64,000 nucleotides of DNA from a virus. Position numbers and translations under genes: made by a program. Below, one piece after another: positions 46,761 through 54,735 of this stretch. Every line of letters starts with the position of its first letter. Within the stretch, counting starts at the first letter, position 1. The notes below the pieces were generated by a model. That model made no database searches and was not told the DNA's origin. It was given only the letters and a program-made list of their open reading frames with translations. The DNA is taken from the IMG/VR virus record IMGVR_UViG_3300032164_000006, positions 8,057-72,056 of that record; one strand, 5' to 3'.

Positions 46761-47123
46761 ATGGAACATAGTGCAGTAGAAAAAATGAGCATCGACGAAC
46801 TCAAGGTTCTAGTTGGCTTTATCGCCAAACTTGGAGGCACGACATGGGAGATTATGGAAGATGGAAAGGTTGGAATACGCGACCTCCCGCAACTGTGGAC
46901 CATCCTTCGAGCGGCTCAAGCAATTGTTCAAGTAAACTACGGGAAAGTGGCTCTTGAACTAGGTGATCTATCTGATGAGGAAAAGGATGAGTTAGGTCAA
47001 ATTTTCCGTGATGGTTTCAGTGGACCAATAGAGGACATCGAGCGTACATTAGAATGTGTTGTTACTGTCGCCATTGAGCTATACGACCTCGTCACCCGAC
47101 TAGTAAAGCTCTTTAAACGATAA
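46761..47123 (+). CDS. Hypothetical phage protein (lysis-region, amphipathic helices)
   Basis: DGKVGIRDL...ELGDLSDEEKDEL; last gene before the terminator. Confidence 0.6.
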   Translation: MEHSAVEKMSIDELKVLVGFIAKLGGTTWEIMEDGKVGIRDLPQLWTILRAAQAIVQVNYGKVALELGDLSDEEKDELGQIFRDGFSGPIEDIERTLECVVTVAIELYDLVTRLVKLFKR

Positions 47124-47152
47124 GCTGTATTCGGTCTTTGATCTCCGAGACT

Positions 47153-47202
47153 GCACACCTATATTTTGGCTGCCATGCCATTCTGTAGGTGTGCTTTTTT
47201 TT
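47153..47202 (+). terminator. Rho-independent terminator ending the late region
   Basis: GCACACCTATA/TGTAGGTGTGC stem with an inner TGGC/GCCA stem, followed by T8. Confidence 0.8.
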
Positions 47203-47300
47203 AAAAAAAGCCTTGCACTATTTTACCCATTGGTGTAAATAACCATAACATACGTTAATACACTTTTCCGCACAGGCGAAAATACGTTTTAGGATTATGG

Positions 47301-48761
47301 ATGTTTATTGAAATCAGAGAACAGTTATTTCTACGTTCAACCAATACAGAAATCACAAATGAGATTAAGTCGCTTCTGGACAAGCCAAATCCAGACTACC
47401 TAAAGCTCAAGCGTATGGGTTATCCAACAGAAAAAGTACCACCAAGAATAAGAATGTACGAGATTGACGAAGGTGTCGTTATTGTGCCTAGGGGTGCGTG
47501 GCGAACAGTCAACGAGGTATGCAAGAAACATGGTGTGCAGGTCAGTTACGAGGATAACAGAACAGTAGTTGACGAGATGGAGATTGAGATAAGCGAAGAG
47601 TTGACGCCTTTCTGGTATCAAGAAGAAGCCATAAATAAAATGATTAAGTTCCAGCAAGGCATGGTCGTAGCACCGTGTGGAGCGGGAAAATCCGTTATAG
47701 GATGTGCGTTCATTGCAAGGCTACGCAAGCCAACTATCATAGTTGTCCACACGCTAGAACTATTCAAACAGTGGGAAGACATGGTGCGTGAGCACCTTAA
47801 TTTTCCTGGAAAAATAGGAAAGATTGGTGGCGGCACGAAAACCCTAGGCAACATAACCATAGCAATGATCCAAACGCTAGTGAAGTCATCCCCAAAAGAA
47901 TGGAGCGAAATACAATCCAAGTTTGAAATTTTCATAGGAGACGAATCTCACCACTTCGGTGCCGAGTCTTATATCAAGTGTATGCGGAACATCAGGGCGA
48001 AATATGCCATAGGATTGACAGCCACACCAAAACGAAAAGACAAGAAAGATTTCGTAATCCACAATTATCTAGGCAATGTAATCTACGAGATAACGGACAG
48101 TGACCTTGAAATGATGGGACGTTCGCTGACGTGCAAGTGCAAGATAGTTGAGACAAAAAGAAATTATAACTACACAAAAATGAATGAGATGCTTCCAGTA
48201 TTAGGGACAGTGATAGCAAAAGACAAAACAAGAAATGAAATTATAGTTGAAAAAATAAAAGAGGATATAGATGACGGTAGGACTGTACTTGTTCTTATCG
48301 AGCGTGTTGCCCACGGAAAAATACTATATTCTCTATTAAAACAAGAACAAATAAAAGTTGAATTGATTTCAGGTGCTGTTGACGCTAATACAAGAAGCAA
48401 GATTAAAAGCAAAATGAAAACTGGACAATTAGAGGTGTTAGTAGCGAACAAGGCAATTGCCGCAGAAGGCTTAGATATACCCATTATAGATTCAGTTCAC
48501 ATATGTTTTTGGACAAGCAACGTATCGCTAGTGAAGCAAATGATAGGTAGAGGGAGAAGACCTTACGAGGGTAAGGAATTCTGTAGAGTTTGGTTCTATA
48601 AAGACAATGTTTGTAGAACAGAGTTAGATGGTAATTTTCGTGAGGTGCTTCGTGAAGTGCCAACGTTCAAGTATTCGTTTAGTAGATTAACTTCGTGGTT
48701 GGAATCTCAGTCATTTACAGTGGTAAATGACAGAGACCACAACATGAAGGAGCTTTTTTAG
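47301..48761 (+). CDS. Superfamily 2 DExH helicase (UvsW/XPB-like)
   Basis: APCGAGKS, DESHH, GLTATP, EGLDIP and QMIGRGRR motifs. Confidence 0.92.
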   Translation: MFIEIREQLFLRSTNTEITNEIKSLLDKPNPDYLKLKRMGYPTEKVPPRIRMYEIDEGVVIVPRGAWRTVNEVCKKHGVQVSYEDNRTVVDEMEIEISEELTPFWYQEEAINKMIKFQQGMVVAPCGAGKSVIGCAFIARLRKPTIIVVHTLELFKQWEDMVREHLNFPGKIGKIGGGTKTLGNITIAMIQTLVKSSPKEWSEIQSKFEIFIGDESHHFGAESYIKCMRNIRAKYAIGLTATPKRKDKKDFVIHNYLGNVIYEITDSDLEMMGRSLTCKCKIVETKRNYNYTKMNEMLPVLGTVIAKDKTRNEIIVEKIKEDIDDGRTVLVLIERVAHGKILYSLLKQEQIKVELISGAVDANTRSKIKSKMKTGQLEVLVANKAIAAEGLDIPIIDSVHICFWTSNVSLVKQMIGRGRRPYEGKEFCRVWFYKDNVCRTELDGNFREVLREVPTFKYSFSRLTSWLESQSFTVVNDRDHNMKELF

Positions 48762-49210
48762 CAGGTAAAACCACAACATCTTTTTTTACGAAAAGATGTT
48801 TTAAAAAAATCATTCTCGGAAGGTAGTTTATGACTTTTTCTAGGTCCATCTACGGTGCATCCTTTTGTCTAAATAACAAGTTTGGAACAATCCTACAAGG
48901 ACATTTACGCACCCTGTCTGATTATTCACGGTCCTACATATCTACGTTCATACTACTGCGTAGCAGTAGTGTGAACTGTGTAGATATATATGATCCACAA
49001 AATATTCCAGCCAGTGTTCAAATCCCCTTGTCGAATAGACCGCTCGCGTGTGCGTTGATCCACCCAAGGCAACCTAGGGCAATGTACCTTTCGGCACACA
49101 CTTTCCAAAAGCACAAAACACACCCTAGGCTGTCTGCAAACTGTTTGGGGTGCGTGGGTATTGGTTCCCTAGTGTGCGGATAACTACGTTCCTGTTTTGG
49201 AGGTTTTTCT
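48762..49210. other. Structured intergenic region; candidate replication origin or ncRNA
   Basis: Hairpins at 48775-48800, 48938-48987 and 49121-49152. Lies immediately upstream of the loader/helicase/primase genes. Confidence 0.45.
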
Positions 49211-49633
49211 ATGGCTACAAAAACAATTTCCAGCCAAGCAACGTGCAAGGCAATTTGCTTGAAACTGGTTGGTGACATTTCTATTAAAACGAAAATTGCT
49301 TCTGAAGATTTGTATGGTTTTTTAAAGATTTTAAAACTGAACTTAACTTCTCATAAGGCAAAAAGATTTCTAATAATTTTGTCGACAAGTGATCCAGAAA
49401 CAGTTGTCGATGCCTATTACACCTACGTTGAAACTATGGCGAAATATAACCACGACGATACGACTGCAAACGTGCGGAGATTTAGCTCTTATCTGCTTTC
49501 TTCTAAAAGCAAATCAATTGACCTAGGTGAGGAACTGAGAACAACCTACGGAATGTACGACCACACTGAAAGTGAGGTGAGTGCTTCCGAGTTAGACTAC
49601 TGCATTGGAGTAATGGAAGATGAGGACTGCTGA
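49211..49633 (+). CDS. Hypothetical protein, possible replication initiator
   Basis: RBS GGAGGT. Position directly before the DnaC-like gene; function is inferred from synteny only. Confidence 0.55.
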   Translation: MATKTISSQATCKAICLKLVGDISIKTKIASEDLYGFLKILKLNLTSHKAKRFLIILSTSDPETVVDAYYTYVETMAKYNHDDTTANVRRFSSYLLSSKSKSIDLGEELRTTYGMYDHTESEVSASELDYCIGVMEDEDC

Positions 49634-50378
49634 AGAGATATATGAACTGCAAGATTGTCCACGCTGCAACAACACGAGGCGTGTGTCGTATGAAGATCCA
49701 TGTCTAGGGATGCGTGAAAAACAGTGTCAGTGTGTTGACTACAAGAAACGAGTGGCAATACTGAAGAGAGCTAGAATACCAAAAACATATTTGTGCTACG
49801 AACTAGGCGACTACAAATCTGAGATTGGGGACGAGAGTTGTTGGGGACCAAACAAAGAAAATTTTCGACGGCTAGTTAAGGCAAGCGACAACCACAAGAC
49901 AGTGTTGCACGAGGCAATTGACCTTCTGATCTATGGAGGGGTGTCGTGTGGGAAAACCATGCTTGCGACAATTCTTTTAAAGAACTTGATATTAAAGCAT
50001 GGCTATACAGGTGTCTTTGTGACAGCCGACGAGCTGGTAACACTTGCCATGGATAAGACAAGATTTGGGGTTGAAAACGACTTCACGCTAGAAAGTTTAT
50101 TAGATGTAGATTTTGTTGTTGTGGATAACTTTCATAGGGTTGTGGATTTAGACGAAGCTAGGGTGAGCGGAACAGTGAAGATTATTTTAAATGACTTCTT
50201 CCAGCAAAGAAAACACAATGGGAAATCTTTCATACTGACGTCGCATAGTTCTCTGCGTTCTCTGCTACAGAAGCAAAGATTTGTCGATAACCTAGCCTAC
50301 ACAGTTGTCGGGTTCAAGTTTCAGGGAAATTGTGGTGCTGACGTTAGAAAAAGAAAAGAAGAATCTCTAGGTCTATAA
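49620..50378 (+). CDS. dnaC: DnaC/IstB-like helicase loader ATPase
   Basis: N-terminal CPRC...CQC, ARIP, Walker A GGVSCGKT, Walker B FVVVDN and ILTS. Confidence 0.8.
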   Translation: MRTAEEIYELQDCPRCNNTRRVSYEDPCLGMREKQCQCVDYKKRVAILKRARIPKTYLCYELGDYKSEIGDESCWGPNKENFRRLVKASDNHKTVLHEAIDLLIYGGVSCGKTMLATILLKNLILKHGYTGVFVTADELVTLAMDKTRFGVENDFTLESLLDVDFVVVDNFHRVVDLDEARVSGTVKIILNDFFQQRKHNGKSFILTSHSSLRSLLQKQRFVDNLAYTVVGFKFQGNCGADVRKRKEESLGL

Positions 50379-50387
50379 GGATGGTAT

Positions 50388-51836
50388 ATGGGATTTACAG
50401 TTAGGGAAAAGAGGCAAGAAAAACACGTTGAGAATAGTGTTGGAGACGACAAGGAAGTTAAGCGAATTATTCCTATCGACAGCAACAATGAGCAATTTAT
50501 TTTAGGACACGCAATTAACGACGGCAAAGTGTTGGAGGTGCTTTTAAATGAGGTGGATGCCAGTACGTTTCTGTACACCAACCACCGAGCATTGTTCGAG
50601 TGTTGCCAGTATCTTTACAATAGCAAGGTGAAGGTGACACCAGACTCGATAGACGTTGTAAAGAAAAGATTTAGAGGCGGAGAAACCCTACGACTCGACT
50701 ATATAACAGAACTTGTGGCTGTTTTTGGCGACAATGTTGCTGAAGAAAACTACAGGTTCCATGTTTCCAAGTTGAAGGACGACAAGATAAAAGAAACCTT
50801 GTCGATGAACCTGTTACCCGAGCTGACTAGGTCGATGCTTAATAGCAGCACGACCACAGAAAATATTATAGAAAAAATAAATAAAATGATGTCGATGCTG
50901 GAGGATGGCAGAACCGACGGAGACTTCAAGTTTATTCCTATGGTGGACGTAGATGAGATCCACACGAAAGAGAACACAGCTAGGGAAACTGGCAGCTCGT
51001 TCGGAACGACAGGCTATGGCAAGCTAGATAGGTTTTTGACGGATGGCCTAGGTGCAACAAAAATGACAATTGTAGCGGGACGTCCCGCTATGGGTAAATC
51101 TGCGTTGGTCGCAAATATGCTTTTGCGTCTTGGGTTGTTGGGTATTCCTGTTGCGGTATTCAACTTTGAGATGGACTGCATAAGCATGTACGACAGGTTT
51201 GTTGCTATTAGAGCAAACTTGCCGATAACGAAACTGATACGCAATAGAGACAAGATGACGCCAACCGAGCGGATGCAAGAGCAGAAAGCAAAGGATGAAA
51301 TCAGCAAACTGCCAATCTACTTCTATACGGCGAGTACGCAAAGCATGGAAGGAATAAAGCGGGACATTCGCATACTGAAGGAACGCTATGGTGTAAAGAT
51401 TATAGCCTACGACTTGTTCGATAAAATACGCTTTAAATATAGTGGTAACAGGAGTACTGCTGACATTCTAAATGAAAGTTTGAAAATAATACAGGGGTTC
51501 GGCCGCGACTTCGATATCCACCAGATCCTAGTTGTGCAGATTGGTCGTAGTGCGGAAAAACGCAAAAATAAACGACCAAAGTTAAGTGAGTTGAAAGACG
51601 CTGGAGGATACGAGGAACGTGCCGACAACGTCTTTTTTCTATACAGGCCGAGTTACTACGACAGTCCAGAAGAGGAGGGAGATGCAGAATGCGGTATTGA
51701 GAAGAGCGAGGATGTGGAGATTATAATTGCAAAGCAAAGGCAGGGAACGTCGAACGTAAAGGTGACGTTAGATTTCTGGCCAGCGACAACGACTATAGCT
51801 GAACCAATTCTTACGAGTTCTGATGGAGCAATGTGA
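50388..51836 (+). CDS. dnaB: Replicative DNA helicase
   Basis: AGRPAMGKS, FNFEM, RPKLSELKDAGGYEERAD and IIAKQRQG motifs. Confidence 0.95.
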   Translation: MGFTVREKRQEKHVENSVGDDKEVKRIIPIDSNNEQFILGHAINDGKVLEVLLNEVDASTFLYTNHRALFECCQYLYNSKVKVTPDSIDVVKKRFRGGETLRLDYITELVAVFGDNVAEENYRFHVSKLKDDKIKETLSMNLLPELTRSMLNSSTTTENIIEKINKMMSMLEDGRTDGDFKFIPMVDVDEIHTKENTARETGSSFGTTGYGKLDRFLTDGLGATKMTIVAGRPAMGKSALVANMLLRLGLLGIPVAVFNFEMDCISMYDRFVAIRANLPITKLIRNRDKMTPTERMQEQKAKDEISKLPIYFYTASTQSMEGIKRDIRILKERYGVKIIAYDLFDKIRFKYSGNRSTADILNESLKIIQGFGRDFDIHQILVVQIGRSAEKRKNKRPKLSELKDAGGYEERADNVFFLYRPSYYDSPEEEGDAECGIEKSEDVEIIIAKQRQGTSNVKVTLDFWPATTTIAEPILTSSDGAM

Positions 51837-52072
51837 TGGGATTTATAATTAAAAAAGATGTGATTGACAAGAAAGAGATTGCAGAAAGTTTTATAACTGC
51901 ATTTGAGTTAATAGGCTTTGCCGACGCAAAGCAAACAACTGTGATAACTGACATGGAAAAGTTTTGGAGGCAGAGGAAAACGCTGTCTAGAGCACAGTGT
52001 GATTACCTGAATGGGATAGTGCAGAATTTAAGGAAAAAAGTATGGACTTTGAAACGGTCAGCGAGAATATAG
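51833..52072 (+). CDS. Hypothetical protein
   Basis: 79-aa ORF overlapping both neighbours. Confidence 0.5.
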   Translation: MMGFIIKKDVIDKKEIAESFITAFELIGFADAKQTTVITDMEKFWRQRKTLSRAQCDYLNGIVQNLRKKVWTLKRSARI

Positions 52073-53025
52073 ATATACAGAGGTTTCTGTTTACAGACCT
52101 TCGTGTAAGGTACATAGGTGTGTCGGGCGACAACTACATTATCGAGTGTCCAGATCCAACGCACGTCGACAGACACCCTAGCTGTTACTTCCACAAAAAA
52201 ACACTCGTCTATCATTGTTTTGGGTGTGGTGCTAGAGGCAGTATTATTGACCTCGTTTCATATAACAGGGATATAGATAGAGGTGAAGCAACAAAGCTGA
52301 TACAGAAACACGCTGGCATGGCAATGAACTCCGTATCAAATTCATTTAAAGGACGCTACAAACTTAAGGACATACCAGAAGTTAGATTGAGTAGCCAGTA
52401 TAGAAGGGATTGGGAAAATGCGAGAAGTGAGATCCAGGAATTCGTTACACGGAGGCGTTTTAGTCTCCCTCTATTCGAGTCTTATTATATTGGTTATAAC
52501 AATGCTATGGGTTCCATTACTATGCCTATCATTTACCATGCTGATCTCATTAATGTCGGTGAAAGGTTTGTACTCGGTGATCAAATCACTAAGATTAAGT
52601 ATAGGAAGGACGTCCCTCTTTCCATGAGCATCTGGGGAATTTTCGATGGCTACAATCCTGTAGATCCATACTTTACAGAAGGGATATTTGATGCAGTACG
52701 GATGCGTGAGGCTGGACTCAATGCCTACGCTTTGCTGAGTATTGTGTTACCCAATGCAAAGATACGTTTTATTCAAGACCACTTTGAGGGTGTGTTCACT
52801 ATTGTTCCAGACCCAGATCAGGGTGGAAGAAAGATGATAGAAAACTGGAAAAGGGTGATGCACACAAACGAAGTGAGAATTATGCAACCAACCAAAGGCG
52901 ACATTGACGAGACACCAATAGATGAGATTAGGGAATTAGTGCATCGCACGACACGGATGCAGGACCATATTTTCAAGGGATTTAGAATAAAAAATGAGAT
53001 TTGTGGAGGTGTAGATGCAAGATAA
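52042..53025 (+). CDS. dnaG: DNA primase (CHC2 zinc finger plus TOPRIM)
   Basis: CP..H.D..PS...HCFGC, EGIFDA and DPDQGG motifs. Confidence 0.92.
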   Translation: MDFETVSENIDIQRFLFTDLRVRYIGVSGDNYIIECPDPTHVDRHPSCYFHKKTLVYHCFGCGARGSIIDLVSYNRDIDRGEATKLIQKHAGMAMNSVSNSFKGRYKLKDIPEVRLSSQYRRDWENARSEIQEFVTRRRFSLPLFESYYIGYNNAMGSITMPIIYHADLINVGERFVLGDQITKIKYRKDVPLSMSIWGIFDGYNPVDPYFTEGIFDAVRMREAGLNAYALLSIVLPNAKIRFIQDHFEGVFTIVPDPDQGGRKMIENWKRVMHTNEVRIMQPTKGDIDETPIDEIRELVHRTTRMQDHIFKGFRIKNEICGGVDAR

Positions 53026-53872
53026 AACAACGTACCTGATTGACCTTTCCAACATGGCCTACAGGAACATGTATGGGGTTCGCTTAAAGACAAAAGAAGG
53101 GATGCCAAGTGGTCATGTTTTTGGCACCATAAGAAACCTATTGGCACTGAGAAAGAACACTCACGACTACGAGTTGGTGTTCGCCCTAGACAGCAAACCA
53201 CGTCGGAAGCTGGAGCTAGACCCAACGTACAAGGCAAATAGGGCAAGAGCAGACGGGGAGTTCAACCCAACACCCGACATTCGTAAGATGGTGAGGTATC
53301 TAAAGTGTACTTGCATTTATAACGAGGATGAGGAAGCAGATGACGTGATTGCCTCGTACATTGCCAGAAATCCAAACGAGTCTATCACAATTGTTTCATC
53401 GGATGCCGACCTATACCAACTGATAGACAGGGAGCGTGGTGTGCGACAGTACAATCCACTAGATAATGCTTTCATAACGTCGGACGACCTCCACAGAAAG
53501 TTCGGGCTATCGCAGTTTAGGAAAGTAGCACTATGGAAAGCACTGTTTGGCGACAGCGGCGACAACGTGAAACCACCAATACCAAGATTAAAGAAAGCGG
53601 ATTTGATAGAGGCGATAGAGCTATGCGACTGCACTGTGGATATGTTCATGGATATATTGGAACGGTGTGATGGGAAGACAGTGGAAAAGATACAGAGTGA
53701 TCCACAGTTTAGAGCCAAACTACAAAAGAATCTGGAATTGGTGGAACTGAAGCGGGACCTAGAATACGTGGTCGAGGAGCACAGCGGAAACGCAAACTTC
53801 TTGAATTGTTTTTTAAGAAAATTTGAGTGTGAGAGTCTGATTAACGCAGATTTAGAAAGGATACTGGTTTGA
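53015..53872 (+). CDS. 5'-3' exonuclease / flap endonuclease (PolA N-domain or T4 RNase H-like)
   Basis: LIDLSN, YKANR, EADDVI, SSDADLYQL and GDSGDNV motifs. Confidence 0.93.
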   Translation: MQDKTTYLIDLSNMAYRNMYGVRLKTKEGMPSGHVFGTIRNLLALRKNTHDYELVFALDSKPRRKLELDPTYKANRARADGEFNPTPDIRKMVRYLKCTCIYNEDEEADDVIASYIARNPNESITIVSSDADLYQLIDRERGVRQYNPLDNAFITSDDLHRKFGLSQFRKVALWKALFGDSGDNVKPPIPRLKKADLIEAIELCDCTVDMFMDILERCDGKTVEKIQSDPQFRAKLQKNLELVELKRDLEYVVEEHSGNANFLNCFLRKFECESLINADLERILV

Positions 53873-54192
53873 GTAATTCATTTTATGACCAAGAAAATTT
53901 GTCGAAGTTTACGCTTAATTTAGACTTCTCGTCTATTGTTCGCCTTGAGGAGATTGCCCTATCTTTAAGACGCTTAGGATACACGAGAATGAGCCGTGGA
54001 TTTCTTATCTCCGCTGCATCTAATCACATTGTGAATGTGTACGAGCGTGGTGGAATGGAAGCGGTGATGGAAATAATACAGGTACACCTTGATAAGTTTT
54101 CCGAGCTGAAGGGGTTGACGAAAAAGGAAGATAAGAAGGACGAGGAGAAGCCGCAAACAGTATTGAGGCGAAGGAAAGACGATGTTATATAG
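53869..54192 (+). CDS. Hypothetical protein
   Basis: Packed ORF with a TTG start overlapping the previous stop. Confidence 0.55.
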   Translation: MSNSFYDQENLSKFTLNLDFSSIVRLEEIALSLRRLGYTRMSRGFLISAASNHIVNVYERGGMEAVMEIIQVHLDKFSELKGLTKKEDKKDEEKPQTVLRRRKDDVI

Positions 54193-54730
54193 TTGCCCTA
54201 GGTGCGACAAGGTTGTATCTCGTGTTGAGAAGAATGGGAATGTGTGTACTGGATGCGGGTTAGAGTTCTCTATCTCCGACCAGACAGACGTTACCAAGAT
54301 ACAAACTGACCTACTAATCAAGCGTTTTTCTGATGAAATAATGCGGGGCAAAAGAAATATAGATTACCTAGAAACGGCTATCAATATTATCAAGGCTTCT
54401 TTGGTAAATGTTGTTATGCTACGCAAAATTGAGAAGTGTATGTTTTATAGAGTGGAAGATATGGAGATAAGTTGTTATCTGTTTAGTCTCAAAAAGAGGA
54501 AATTATATGTGGAATTTCTTTTCGACACCAATCCAAGATACGATGGGTGTGTTCCCATATCTGAGGAGAAAAGACTGAAATGCAAGCTAGGGACTGCGAC
54601 TGCCTACTTGCGGACAACAAACTTTGAGAAAGTGGCAAACGTGGCGATGGCAGTTTATAAGATTAAAGCTGAGAGGTACATGGACAGGAAAAAGGTAGAT
54701 AAAAACGCCAATCTATACATATTTAGGTAG
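54182..54730 (+). CDS. Zn-ribbon hypothetical protein
   Basis: N-terminal CPRC...CTGC. Confidence 0.6.
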   Translation: MLYSCPRCDKVVSRVEKNGNVCTGCGLEFSISDQTDVTKIQTDLLIKRFSDEIMRGKRNIDYLETAINIIKASLVNVVMLRKIEKCMFYRVEDMEISCYLFSLKKRKLYVEFLFDTNPRYDGCVPISEEKRLKCKLGTATAYLRTTNFEKVANVAMAVYKIKAERYMDRKKVDKNANLYIFR

Positions 54731-54735
54731 AACAA

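Noticed and set aside
47213-47241. Sigma70 promoter TTGCAC-N17-TAAATA upstream of the helicase
   Set aside because: The position is plausible but the -10 match is too weak to call.
48830-49183. 117-aa ORF in the intergenic region (and the opposite-strand ORF 49018-49278)
   Set aside because: Atypical composition, weak RBS and overlap with several hairpins. It is more plausibly non-coding, though not excluded.
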